A stretch of 64,000 bases of DNA from Phoronis australis (taxonomy: Eukaryota; Animalia; Phoronida), in the NCBI GenBank assembly GCA_002633005.1, contig NMRA01000257.1:258566-322565 (forward strand), in the 5' to 3' direction. Positions within the stretch are counted from its first letter, which is position 1. Each line of letters opens with the position of its first letter. Under the pieces are notes generated by a model. It searched no databases, was not told where the DNA came from, and saw only the letters and a program-made list of their open reading frames with translations. Made by a program: the position numbers and the translations under genes. Below are positions 50,601 through 63,948 of this stretch, one piece after another.

Positions 50601-53600
50601 TTTGCATTGCAGCAGTAACGTTGACTGCAAACCACGACAGCCATTCAGGAAGCTGTGGTGAACCTGTAGAAACAGTCATCGCCCAAGATGTAATGTTTTG
50701 GAAAGTTTCTAAAAAGGTCTCGTTTAGCATCTTCATTTCTTGCCATATCACAGCCTTTGTCTTATTGAGCTCTAACAAAGCGTCCAAGTATTTTAGAAGG
50801 TGTTTTGTTTCACTTTCGTATAAGTGGAATGGATTTGACTGCTGGAACCACCCTGTAAGGAATACGTCAACCAAAGCGGAAGATGCGTTAACAATATTCG
50901 CATTTGTTGACAGCATCGTCCACCCTGTGTGTAGCGCGCTATTGTTCTTCGCTGCATCTTGAATGCTGGAAATAGCTATGCTTGCAAGGTTCATCAAATT
51001 ATTTTGGTTAGTCAATGTGTTGTTGTCGATAACTGCTGACCATTGGCTTACTGTCATTTCGATCATCATTCCGAGGTCCATGCTCATTAGGTCTGCAAGT
51101 GTCGTGTTTCCAAATACTGTGATGCTAGCTGGTGAAATAATTGATGTAATGTCAATGTATGTCGTAATGACATTAGTGAGGACAACTGTCCCATATCCCC
51201 ACCAATGTCGCAGCATGGGCAGCTCTGTGTTTATGTGATAGTGTGTGGACACGCGCTGGATTAATGCGGTGAGATTTTCCATGGTAAGATTTAGCGCCAT
51301 TACATCCATCACGAGAGGATAATACATCTCATGAAGTTGAGAAATAAACTGATCGGCTACAGCCATTGGGTAAATGACTGATTTTAAGATTGCGTCGTAG
51401 TCACTCGCGTTAGGTGACGAGAACATGTCGGAAATGTTGCGAGTCTGTAGCATGCCCATGAGTTCACGCAGTCTTTGTGTTTCATTTGTTGCCGTGATGA
51501 AGGCGCCAGGCTGGTTTTTCAGGTTGTTCAAATCCCCAATCAAGGTGCTCAAATCTGTTGGGTTGGCAATACCGAGATACGATGTTAGGTTGTTGTAGAA
51601 TCCTGACGCCTGCATGGTATGCAAAAACTCGAGATATTTGTCTACATCACGGGAAATTTTCTCTGAAACATTCAAAGTTTGGAAGAAGGATGCACTGTCT
51701 AGATTGGTTTCTAAGTAACTAATGGAGTCGTTTAGCTGCTGGATGAAGACTTGGGTGTAGTTGTCCACCATACTTTTTACCCACATTTGCTGCATAGAAT
51801 GGACCTGTAACATAGACGAGGCTGCTGCTGTCAAGGTCGATGTCACATTAACAGTCATGCACCATTCTGTCCAGTTGAACATCATCTTTTCCGTGATGTT
51901 GTGCTTGAACATCAGCTGATAAATGAACGCTACCTCGCTGTCCTGGGAAAGTGTATCGTTCATTGCGACTAGCTGGGTGTGTATCATGCGAAGCATGTCC
52001 GTCGTGTTGGCATACATTTCTTTGGCATGGCCTGAAATATTCAAATAAATAAGTGCACCCAATTGTACGTGTACAAACACGGGTAAATATGCGGTGTACG
52101 TGCCTTAAAACGTGACTGATTCCTAGGCTAGAAACCTGACGTCGTTGAATTTCAATGAATTTACCTTGGACAGAAATCCCCATTTCCCCATTTTTAAAAT
52201 TTTAGACGTTCAGGTATATTAAAATTTCTTTTCGTTATACCCTTAGGTTTCGCTGTTACATGTTGTTTTTATTTCTGGGTAGTAAACTGGCATTAATACA
52301 ATGACTTTATATTTAGTTCTGACTATGATAGTCACAACTTAATGACTGTTACATTTAGTTCTGACTATGATAGTCACAACTTAATGAGTGTTACGTTTAG
52401 AACGTACAACTGCAGAACTTTTGGGCAAGTAAACCTTCAGGTAAGTCGTTTTAGATTATTTTATGTCACTAACATCATTATGTGGATATTTTGGGTCCAA
52501 ACTGTATACAGTCGTGGCTTTTTATTTTAAAGCTAGCGAAACGCCCGTTCTCGTTCATTTTGTTCCCGGCAACTTTTGAATTAGACTCCTTGCTTCTATA
52601 GGGTCAATGTTATAAGAAAACTAAACCCTATTTTGCGATTTCAACGAATTCTCGTTCTGTCACCTGCTAATGCATCACTGACGTCACACCTGAGTGATAA
52701 GAGCAAAATGCAACTAAAAGACATTCTCTCTTCGTCATAGATTGGATATTTTTGTTTTTGGCGGGTGATCTTCCCGTATAGTTGTCGTGTAAGTCACTTA
52801 AAGCGTAGTTAACTGCAAAATAAACTACTTCTCTGTGTTTTTCATGACTCAGAAACTTACTTGAGAACTCCAGGATGGCTCCTGCTAGATAGTTGTCTAA
52901 CCAGGTAGGGTCGGAGACATTCAGCCCACCAGTCATGTTGGCAATCATCTCCATCATGTCCGTGTCGTTCTTGGCGGCCATCATGCTCGCTTTCTGTGCA
53001 GCTTGCATTTCCGTGAGATACGACATGAAAAACGATTTGTATCCTAAAGTGTCGATTCCTGCTTGAATTGCTGTCATGTTTGGCAGTGCCGGCAATGTCA
53101 TATTTAACATAGTTTGTGCCATCATAGAGGCGTGACCGTAACCCATGTGTATCATGTCAATGGTAGAAATGTTGGCGGTTTGTTGTTGGAGAGAAGATAT
53201 CATAATGCTAATGGCGTCGGTGACGTTTGTTTTACCGTCAATGACAGAGGTTAGGATTGGTATCATGGAACTTACGGACGAAACGTTGAGATGAACGAGC
53301 ATTGGTTTAACTTGAGGTTCGAATGTTTGCCACAGGTCTGTAGCAGAAGTAATGTTCACATCGCCGTCAATGATTCTTAGCAAACCCGGAATTAATGGCG
53401 TCACCAGCTCCAGACTGATGTTCATCATCTCCAGATTTTGCTTGAGTTGCTCTCCATGCATGCTCCAAACTTCCTTTGCACTCATAGACATTATTGCCGT
53501 AACATTGAGGTCGCCACTGAGTATAGGAAGTGCCCACGTGGGAACGGAAACGTTGAAACTTTGTAAAATCATCAGAAGATTCGAATCTTTAATGATTGCT

Positions 53601-56600
53601 TGAACAACGGATGCCATGACAACTGGGTTAAATGTCTGATTTTGCATATTTGTGAGAAAATGGATCAATTTTGGAAGTTCCGCTACTTTTTCCCAGTCAA
53701 CACCAGGGATGGTGACGTTGTACTTGCCTAACATGTCAGGGAACTCTTTCAGCATCATCTGCCAGTCCATCTGAGTGCCGTTCATTGACGACATCTTTGT
53801 ATAAATGGTTGTCATAAGGTGTTCGAGTAGACGGAAGTCCATGTGTTGCATTGACATATTGAAATGGGCAAGTAACATTGGAAGTTTTTCAAACATGGCT
53901 GTCATATTGGGAGACGTCTTGTTCATGTGCTTCATTTCAACCATTGGCAACATCCAAGTTGGCACCGTCATGTTCGTCTTCTCCATGATGCCTGAAAAGA
54001 CAGATTTCATCAGGACAACCATGTGAGACCAGTCCATGCCATCCTTTTGCTTCATGCCTTTGCTTCCTACCATGGACATCATCCAATCGGGCATTGTCAT
54101 GTTAAAGCTTCGCATGATCCCAGAGATGTAGTTATGTGCTTTTTCCATCATGCCGTATGAACCATTCATTTTTCCCGTCATGCTCCAGTCCATTCCAGAC
54201 ATGTTTCTCATTTTGGCCATCATACTCCAATCCATATCACTCTTTTGTTGCCCGTCTTTACTTTGGAACATAGACATAATACTTTGGATGATTTTCACCA
54301 TATAGTTATGCGCTTTGCCCATCATGGTCCAGTCCATACTGTTGGAGCTATTCATTTTTTTCATCATACCCCAGTCCATTCCTGACGCGTTTTTCATTTT
54401 GGCCATCTTACTCCAGTCCACATCCTGATCTTTTGACATTCCCTCTGGCGTCATGATGAATTGTTCCGTAACGTAAGTCATGACTTTCCCCATCATGTCC
54501 CAATCCATATCCATGACCCGTGTAACCATACCCATCATGACGTCCATTTCCATCGGCGGTGTGATGTTGTACGCGACCATCATACCTTTGATCATAGGTT
54601 CAAGACTGCGCACAAACACTAGCATGGACCCTTGGTCGTTTGTTCTGTTCGTGTCACCCAACTGCTCCAGCCCAGCTGTCGCAGTTTCTCTCGTCTTGTT
54701 TCGAAGCATGTTCTTCATCTTCGTCTGCTCTGTTGCCACACATTGTTTAGGTCTGTCCAAGTCACATGTAGCAGAAACTAGGCTCAGACCTGAAAGAACA
54801 ACAGTACATTGCTATCAGTTCCTAGTTTAGTAGCTAAAGTGAGAACGGTTTGCAATGCAAAGTGAGAATGTTTTAGTTCAATCGCACTTTTCAAAAGCCC
54901 TCTGTATGTTTGATTAGACGAAGCGACACTGACTGCACGGAATTACGTGTTCTTTAAACTTTTCGTTTAGCGTCCACCAAATTTCTTCCCTATGGTAAAA
55001 GTTTACAATGTTGGAACTGATTAAACCTTTGTGGCAAGATGCGAAAGCTATATCGACAGACTGCAGACGTCATGCATTGAATATGATGATGGTATCAACA
55101 ATCATACTAAGTGAGAGAACCATATAATTGGAAAAAAAGAACAGCTTGACAGATTTTGATATACTTAAGTGATTAAACATTACCCATGTTTGTTGAATAG
55201 TAACTGACTGTTGGTGTGTGTGTGTATGTTCATTATTATGACCTAAATTGTACAATTTTTGCGTTCTTGTGAATAAATGTATTATAAAATTAGTAAAATG
55301 GCTAGGTCTGGTTCAATTGTCAAAACTGTGTTAAAACAAATAAATTTCTTTTAAAATGATTTGATTGAATCTTTTTTGGTGTTTTAAAAAATATAACAGT
55401 TTATCTTCATTCCCAAGGTCTCATTTTTCAAATATCTTTTTGAATATTGATTTTCAATTTCAGACATTCATTGGCGTTGATATATCATGCGAACGAAAGT
55501 AATGTCCGAAGGTTTTCAGTCACGTGACCGTGTTTGTTAGGGTTTGGTGATTACCACGGAGATTGACCCGACTTCCACAGTCGTGATAATTTTCGCACGT
55601 TACTTCACAATTCAATGTTTTCAAAATGTTCCGCTTTTGCATGAGGAAGTATCAAACACTAGGGGTTTTATGATTTTCATGAAAAACTCTTAAGCTGTAT
55701 TAAAAGAAAACGGGATGATATTTTAGAAAACTGTAACTGCTTTTTGAAATCTCACCTTGAACATTTTATCAGCTAAAATTTGATCTTTTTGTTGACACTG
55801 TCGTTTTGCTATCAATATATCTTTCCTTTTTGCTAACTTTTACTAAAAAGACATGTACACGTCACCGTATTAATTATAAATTGGGAAAAGTCAAAAATCA
55901 AATTCTGCTGACAAATATAAATCTAAAAACTTTCACCGAGTTAAATTCTACAGTTTCATACATGTTTGACTAAATATACAAACTTGTCAGTAAATTCCTA
56001 CGAAGCCTTAATGCGGACGAGTTCCAGCCACGTTTGCACTTAATGATTACCGTTATATTCGAGTAACTATGTCGAGTTTGAATGCGAGATTTCAAGTTCG
56101 GACCGTAAGCTTTTTGAGGTCATCAAAGGCGATTTAAACCACATATTAAGTATAACAGAAAATGGCAAAGATAATTTGAAGTTCGGAGGTTAGACCCGGG
56201 GTCTTAGGCATTATTTTCGTGAACACGGTACGTTTCTAAAATTATCAGAAAGGAAAATAATGAAAAGTGTTGGATTTCTTGTGTTCAGTTGTGAAAGTTG
56301 GTAACCAAGGTGGACAGTTACTTTAACAAGCGCAATTTCTAATTAGCTCATATTTTGTAAACAATGCTAATTCTTAATTAGTCTCATTTCTTCGCACAGA
56401 ATGTGTTAACTTCTATCTGGTATTGTTGAAGATTAACGCGTTAAAGCGCGGAGATATTTACTCAAACAATAAACCAGGCGTCCTAGTACTTAATCCGTAA
56501 CACTGAGATTGAAGTTGTCAAAACTGAAAAAAATATTTAGAAAATGCTAACAGATCAGACGCCTGTCATGAGTTGACAAAATGTCAACTGAAGCCACGCC

Positions 56601-57239
56601 CATTTTCAAATATTTGCCAAGATCTCTGTGATAGTAGCCTCGAACTCGTAGTTCAGAAAAACTTTAATGAGTTTTCTTGATGTCTTCAAATACGACTCGC
56701 TGAAATAATTTTTAGGTTATCTATTCTCAAAATACCTACAAGAATGTTAAAGTAGTCCTTCAGCTTCAGTCTCGTTAAAAAACCATGAAACAAATCGTTA
56801 CGCAAGCCAAACTGGGCAAACGTCTTTCCAAATAATACCCATTCAAAATGATATCGAATTTAATGAGCATGTTCTAAATAAAGGAAGATTTACTTGCCAA
56901 ACTTCTGGTGGTCAGACGGAAACTCACGAGACCACGAGTACTGCTTGAAACTTGGTATAAAAAGAACGCAAACATGAGGCGTTGGAATTGGTTTTGAAAT
57001 ATGATTATACGGGTTTTCGTTGAGGGAACGTGATCTATGCAATAAATAAGCAAATCAAATATAAAATAATGACTCTTATGTGATAGGCTTTACTTTGGAT
57101 TGGGTTGACCATGCTCACGCACCCTCTAATATTTACACGTGTTCGTTAAAATTGTCATAAATCAGTTTTATACTAAACAGTACTCATCATGCTTACCTGC
57201 AAGCGCTAGGAAAACACACGCCAAATTTTTTGTTCCCAT
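44615..57239 (-). CDS. Giant Met/Trp-rich secreted, probably GPI-anchored glycoprotein of unknown family; exons 57239-57197, 54789-52861, 52031-46361, 46118-45970, 45570-45387, 45181-44973, 44691-44615; about 2,753 aa
   Basis: The two long ORFs (697 and 1907 aa) join through phase-compatible GT-AG sites; total 8262 nt. N-terminus MGTKNLACVFLALAGLSLVSA-TCDLD looks like a signal peptide. C-terminus NNGAVEVTGKLGTFLLMAAVSYSLFRR* looks like a GPI signal (small-residue omega site plus hydrophobic tail). A Cys-rich region lies near the C-terminus. Confidence 0.85.
52311..52400. repeat. 42-bp tandem duplication containing the palindrome TGACTATGATAGTCA
   Basis: ATTTAGTTCTGACTATGATAGTCACAACTTAATGA occurs at 52311 and 52353. 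Confidence 0.85.
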
Positions 57240-57342
57240 CCGTTTAGTTTTTCGAGTAAGCTCTAAAAAAACAGTTGCTCACTCCCTGCACGTCAGTCCT
57301 AGTGGCAGAACTTGCCCTCGCCGGTGAGTTTTGATCTGCCTT

Positions 57343-57350
57343 TGACGTCA
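57343..57350. promoter_or_regulatory. Full CRE (TGACGTCA) about 100 bp upstream of the Met-rich gene ATG
   Basis: Exact 8-bp consensus in a promoter-proximal position; function is not demonstrated. Confidence 0.35.
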
Positions 57351-59045
57351 CTAGATGCGTTGATTTAGACATGAAGAATGGTAGAGAGTTGTGTTTGCGT
57401 TTGTATTGTAACCATGGATGACAATGACTCCTCAATGGCGTTGTTTAAACATACGGAAGAAATTTATTCACCTTTTGTTTACAGTTAGTTCTTGGTTCAC
57501 TCACAATTCACGTGGACATGTGATAGGGCGTGACAGCTTGTGATTCTTGTCCACAGGAAGGGATTGCGAAACATTTTTGTCGAAAATGTAGGAGATGTAA
57601 CTTGATATTTTTACTAGGTCAATATTTAAAAATGTGTCCCATGGAAACGAGTACACGCTATCACACCAATCACTATTCATGATTATTCCTTAATTTTACA
57701 ATAATGATCATCTATTAAAACATAATATTCCCATGCGTAAATAAAAAAGACAATTGCGCAGTTTACTTAATTGCAACAGGTGTCGGTCTGGCATGGCAAT
57801 CATTGTAAATGGTAAATATGCGGAGACGCACGCAAACGGTTTGCAATCAGAAGTCAGTGGCGGATTGTTCAAGCTGTAGGGTCCCGCACAAACCAACGAT
57901 TGGGGACAGTTAAAATTAGCACGAGTAGTTTCATTTGGATGCTCATATCATCTGCATTTTATGTCAATAATGTTTAACAAGACTCGTATTGCAAAGTTTG
58001 CATGCCGTTTACATGGAGGTATAGGGACAAACACCTGCATAAGAGTCGCACATTGTAGAGCAAGTGTTGATTCACTACCATTAGGCATACACTAAAAGTA
58101 TTTCGTCACGATTTGAAAGGTCGTTATCGTTGGTGTCCATTAAAATGGGTCTGATGCCTTGTCTGTCAAATCAGACGTGCCCAGGCCACAAGGCAGAAAA
58201 CAGCTGATTGAAATTCATGATAGTCCTCTCGTTGGTCATCAGGTTCTTTTAGGGAGTATTGTTCAAGTTTGCGAGCTGCCATATCCACGAATATGAACAA
58301 ACGTTTTCGTTTCAGTGTTTCCAAATTACGTCATGTGGACATGTACACTGTAAATACTTTTCATCTGTTGGCGGCGTTGACTCAGCTTTCGTTTTATCAC
58401 AATTGTTGTTCTTGCCGTTTTTACGGTGATCGATTAAAATTATCTTTCAGGGAAGGTGCATGTATGGACGCTAGTTTTGTGGGAATTAGGTCGTTTTGGC
58501 GGTAGTAGGTAGTGGCATTGGTAGTATTGTTGTTATGTATATTACATATATTTCTATAACTTTATATTCCGTGTGCTATGCTATCAGAGTGGCGTTAGAA
58601 AAAAAAATATCTAATAAACTTTTTGCGTCTTGTTTTCGTTGTTAAATATATGTAAATGAGAAAATTAAATAAATGCGTTCCTAAGTAACTTACTTCAAAA
58701 TATGATTATTTTTTTAATTTGTTCAGCATAACTTTGTTTAATCGCAGATTTGGCCATGGCTTTGTCTTAAAATTGTTTGAACAGCCACGCCTCGATTTGA
58801 GTTTGCGTTAACTCCGCGGTCACCGTTGATCAGCATTCGAACTGTGACGCGTATTTGCATTAAAGCTTAATTTTCCTTTTCTATGTACATCAATCGTTAT
58901 TAACATCTATAAGGACATGCAACAAATTCAATTGCAGAATATTTTCGTTAAAGTCATCCAGCAGCGTAGGAAAACAAGTTTGGATATAAAACAAACGGAC
59001 AAGTTAAATTTTCCATGAGTTTATCACCCGGATTTCAAAATAAAC

Positions 59046-59456
59046 TTAAAGGGGCATATTGGTATTATTGTTAGATGGAATAGACTTCTTGAAGTTATAA
59101 ACTTTGACCAGAGCTATGAATTATAGCAAAATCCGTTGTGTTTTCTATGAGAACATTTCTAGTTCTGGGCGTTGTCTTCGAGACATTCTCTGATACCGAG
59201 GCCGGTCCCTTTATTAATTTAATTCCGGTGTTGGCCACCTCTAAGCTTGCGAATTCGAAAATGGTGCATCATAGTTAGGAATTTTATGTGGCCAATTTTA
59301 TGGGATAAAAAGGCTGCTTCAAAATACTCTGCAATATACGAAGTTGCAAATATTCCTGCCAGCAGAGCGTTAGACTGACCGCGGCTGTTGCAGATTAGAT
59401 TCCGTGACTGGGCTGATCTCAGAAAATCACTTTTCTCCTCGATAATATTCCTTTAA
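59046..59456. mobile_element. Possible Kolobok-type non-autonomous element (TTAA-flanked)
   Basis: TTAA-AGGGGCATATT ... AATATTCCT-TTAA; the TIRs are short and imperfect. Confidence 0.35.
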
Positions 59457-62400
59457 GAAATATAACAACGTTTGACTAGCTTCTTCATACCTCATATGAA
59501 AATTTCTTGTTACGTTACTACAGCGTGCAAATTGTTCATTGCAGGATGCGCGCCCATGGAATATTGAATTTATTTAATCACTCAAGTGCACTTTTCGAAA
59601 GGGCGGGAGGCAGACAAATTTAACATCAACGCAAACAAAAACAGAAGCACGCGTGTCGTGTTCGACTGATGAATAAATAGAATCAATCTTAACATGTATG
59701 TTTGAGCAAGATGAATTGGCATTATTCGTTCAATATCATCGTCGGAAATAACTATGAGTGCTCGTTTTTATGAAAGTGAGAAACGTTTATCAAAATGCAA
59801 TTGTCATCATGTCACTAGCAAAAGTTTGGCCATGATTAAAAAATACGCTATAACTGGGAAGAATATAAATAATAAACGTATTATTTTCAGCTGTCAGTCT
59901 GAACTGATTTTCAGTAATTCAAGAGCAAATGAATATACGTCGCTCGAGAATTACTCTCTCAGTTGTGGAGAGTTAATGTATGACAGAAATAGACCATTGT
60001 TTGAAAAGGCTAAAATTAAATATGCCCGATTGACCAGAAACGGATTCAAAAAAGCAACACTCGTCTTCCGCTACAGGTGCGGCTTACCCTGAGCCAATGG
60101 GTATTGAGGTCAAAAACTGGGACAGGGCATTACGCTGCAGATTATTGAACCAGCAGTTCAAAGGGAGGGCTCGTGAAGCGGGTCGTGACAATCAGTAGGT
60201 TCGGAAGGAATGAATTAGACGTTCTACTATACAAAGGTCCAGCTGTGGTATTTGTTTAAGTTGGTTTTCAGTCAGCAAAAGGTACTAGGTGGAAGAAATG
60301 TCGTGTCACTGCCGGACGTACAGCTTGATTATTAATTTAAAAAAGGAACATTTTTTAAATTACAACATTTAATGCATTTCTGTGTTTTATTATCAAAATG
60401 GGTGTTGTCCTAAAATGAAGTTCAGTGTTCCAGTTCAACTGCGGTGGCCATTTTGTTGGTAGGAAGGCAAAATTAAAGAAATTTAAAACAAAAAATTCCT
60501 ATTGTAATTCTTATTTTGAAAAAAAACGACATGTCACCAGAGCATCATTTTGGAATAATGTTTGGGAATAAACCCACACAACATTTGATTTAGATTACTT
60601 TGCCTGCAGTGGCAAAATAGGTCACGTCTTCCTTACTCAGGTTATAAGTAATGATTTCTAGGCTAGAGAAAAACTGACACGATTCTGTTACTGCTTCAGG
60701 TTAGACCCATAACTTGGGTGTCACAGCGGGTTAGTTTTGGTCGCCAAGGCAATATGATCATCAGTGGTGGTTTAAGGTTATGTGGGACCCTAAATGGTCA
60801 AATTAGTGACTAACTTACTTGGGAACGTCAAATTTCAGTTGCATAAAACGAAAACGAAATGATAATTTAAAGACTGTAACAGCGTCTTTGAGATCACTTA
60901 AATGGATTGAAATTGAGTCATGTTACTGGTGCTGTTGTTCTGCAATTTTGTTAAACTTTACAATAAGCACGTGGTCACATGACCTCATTCGTGACAGATT
61001 GCCCTTGATACTTTCAGAAAATATGTATTTTCACACAGACATAAACGTCTATAGTTATCTAAATATTAGGTTGAATTCACCCACTTGTCGATGAGGTGAC
61101 CTTCATTATGTATCGAATTTCAATTCAGTGGATTATGAATGCGATGACATGGCTTTGGAAGAGCAAACAGACTACGCCCTTTAACAGAGTTTGTCAAACT
61201 AGACCACCAATACAAATTACTATCAATATTGAAACGATGACTTAACAGTTTTTGTTTTAAGCCGGTCTCATGGGTATATGGTTTTTACAGATCGGATGTC
61301 ATGAGGACGTTTTTCCAGGAGCCTCATATATGCGACTAATTTTGGGTTAAAGTTTATTCGCATTAAGACATGGGCTCCTGCAGTATAATGTGAGGAGATG
61401 GTAATGAAATATATTCAAAGCTATTTGCGAATTTCATTCGAAACAAAAAGTTATGCCAGTGCTATTACTTTTCTTGTGTGATTGGAGAGAAAACAAGCAG
61501 CCAGTTTCTAGTAAATCAAGAATAACGCTGAGCAACATACCGCCGCCAATGCCATCTATCGGCCTTCTTGGGAAGCTCTGTTTTTGGTGTCAGCTCACTA
61601 ATTTCATTTCCGTTGAGAATTATAATATTCCGCTATTGTCTCGTCTGTTGTATAAATTTGGACAAGAGACAATAAATCCATGAGCAATTTTTACTGACCA
61701 AGAAATTATTGTTGTTGAAATGATGCTTGATGATACAAGAAGCGCAGTCTTGAGAAAAAAATGTTTTTATGCCACAGTTACTGGGAACACCCGTGTGGTT
61801 CGTGAGTGAGGAATATTGCATTCTCAGATTGAAAAGAGCTTGCAATCTTGAAAAGTTTATTCTTATCAAAATGACATGTTTGAAAAATTTTAGTTTGGGT
61901 CTCAAAATTGATGTAGGGCCCCGCTTAAATATTCCGTTCTGTATCCCAACGCATTTTAAACCTGCGTAAATAAAACATCGCCCGCCCACACCGATTTCAG
62001 CCAAGGATTCGAACTTTTTTCCAAAACCCACACAAACGCCCTCAAGCAGGGTTTTAAACTTTGTGTCTTGCCAAATCATGTCAATATATCTCCTCTCGGA
62101 CTACACGGGCACGCGCGAAGGCACTTCGTCACTGGACCATTGAAATTTGTTGGAGTTGAGTCAAAAATAAGAAAAAAAACCCAAATCCCTTTTGCTCACC
62201 TAACCTTTTTTGAAGGAAGATGATTTTTTTGAAAAATGTGTTGCACCGGCGCATTAATGAGAAACTCTGACCAGGACTAACTATGCGTTTTTTAACTTAT
62301 CTTTTGTTTATGTGGTTGCCATAAATACCGTGGAATTTTACCTTGACGACTGAAACTAACGACAAAAAGTATAGTAGATTCAGGTCCTGTTTATAGTTAG

Positions 62401-63948
62401 TCACTTTTTTAAAAAGAAGATTCATTTGAGCTCGATTGACAAATTATGGAGCCTTCAAAAAACCCTGTTTAAACTTACTTGCATGTCTTTGTGCAATAAT
62501 AAAAAGACAAAAAATACTACACAGTGGCTGAAATTCGTGCGTGCGGGTGTGTTCTGAGTCAATGACCTCAAAATGTGTCGAATTACAGATCCGAACTAAT
62601 TATGCTTCCTAAGCCTGAAGTGAAAAATGATAAACTTTATCTCAGTTGCAACGTTTTCGCTCTTCTAATAAACGCAGCGTCGTATTTGCAAGATTCTTGC
62701 GACCATCCTAGGTATGACCGCATTCCCGACCTTTGGTAAAACAAGAGGCTGCTATAAAAGCGCTAAATTTTTTGTTCATACAGTTGAAAAGTACACTGTT
62801 GTCATATTACACGTACTGATATGATGAAACAAATATTTATTTACGAAGAATTGACTGAAATAATTGATTTATTTTCCCCATCACATAACAGACGAACATC
62901 AGCATTTATCTTTGAATGTGACTTAGGAAACGTGATCACGACGCGTGTATTTTTATTCCGATACAACAGACAACAAGTGGCCGCCAACAAAACTTCACGC
63001 CATCTAACGGCGTGAAGACATGTTTCCTTATCATCAGCTGTGCTATGAAATAAAATAATTGTAGCTTACGTAACTGTGTCACATGACTGCGTTAAAAAAA
63101 CTACAATGGTCACGGCAGCAAACTGGTCGAATTGATTTGACATCTTTGAAGCTCAGTTGATGTGAAATAGTAAGTAATTTATGAATTATTTCAAGGATTT
63201 GGAGTCATGTATTTATCGGAGTTTGTAACAGTAGGTTTGCTCAGGGCCCTTCGTGATTCTGTGACTCCATGGCCGCAACAGTTTCATTCGACCATCGCAT
63301 CGAAAAGAATGTGTGATTGGTATGCAGTGAACATCAGTCACATTTGGCTTGTGCTTGTGGGATTTTGCAACGGTAACTATGGTGGGTGTAGCCTATTAGC
63401 TTGCGTCAGATCTATCTTATGGCAGCCATGTCGTCTGTCCTTTGAAACATCTTTCCATTGACTGAATTTTAGTTATACTACGAAAGGATCACGCTTGATG
63501 AAACAGTAACATTTGAAGAGGTTAAAGTTCAATTTGAGTCCCTACCGGGATTTTCCGTAGATAAGCCCATGGGCGTGTATCGGAAAATGAAAATTTTCAG
63601 GCGTTTTAGTAGCACCAAAGAAAAGCCCGGGCGTTTATTCAGAAAAGGGGAGTGTGTAAACGAAAAGCCATAGTTTTGGCTACGCAAACAACAGCATCAA
63701 CTGAATACAGGCAGGCATAGATTACGAGGTTTCCTGACTTTGACACTTTTTACTTACAAGCGTGTTTTTAAATTTTATGTTAATGAATGCATAGTTTGCC
63801 AACACTTTATTCGTTTTTATAAATTATAAGTGTACACAAAACTGAATTTGTGCCTAAAAGTTGACGCTGAGTGGGCTTTTAAGAGGAAATTTTCCGAAAA
63901 AACGCCCCACTATCGGGACACTTGACTCCAGAAGTTGTAATACCAAGT

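Noticed and set aside
46486-54830. Numerous plus-strand and alternate-frame ORFs (up to 263 aa) overlapping the giant exons
   Set aside because: Shadow ORFs of the minus-strand gene caused by its biased codon content; no independent protein features.
56894-56951. Possible extra exon in intron 1 of the Met-rich gene
   Set aside because: Splice-like sites exist, but the direct exon 1-exon 2 join already yields a clean signal peptide, and inclusion would disrupt it.
57400-63900. Hidden gene upstream of the Met-rich gene (ORFs at 59754, 61633 and others)
   Set aside because: AT-rich, no coherent exon chain or motif; contains only fragmentary transposon-like ends (e.g. near 63543).
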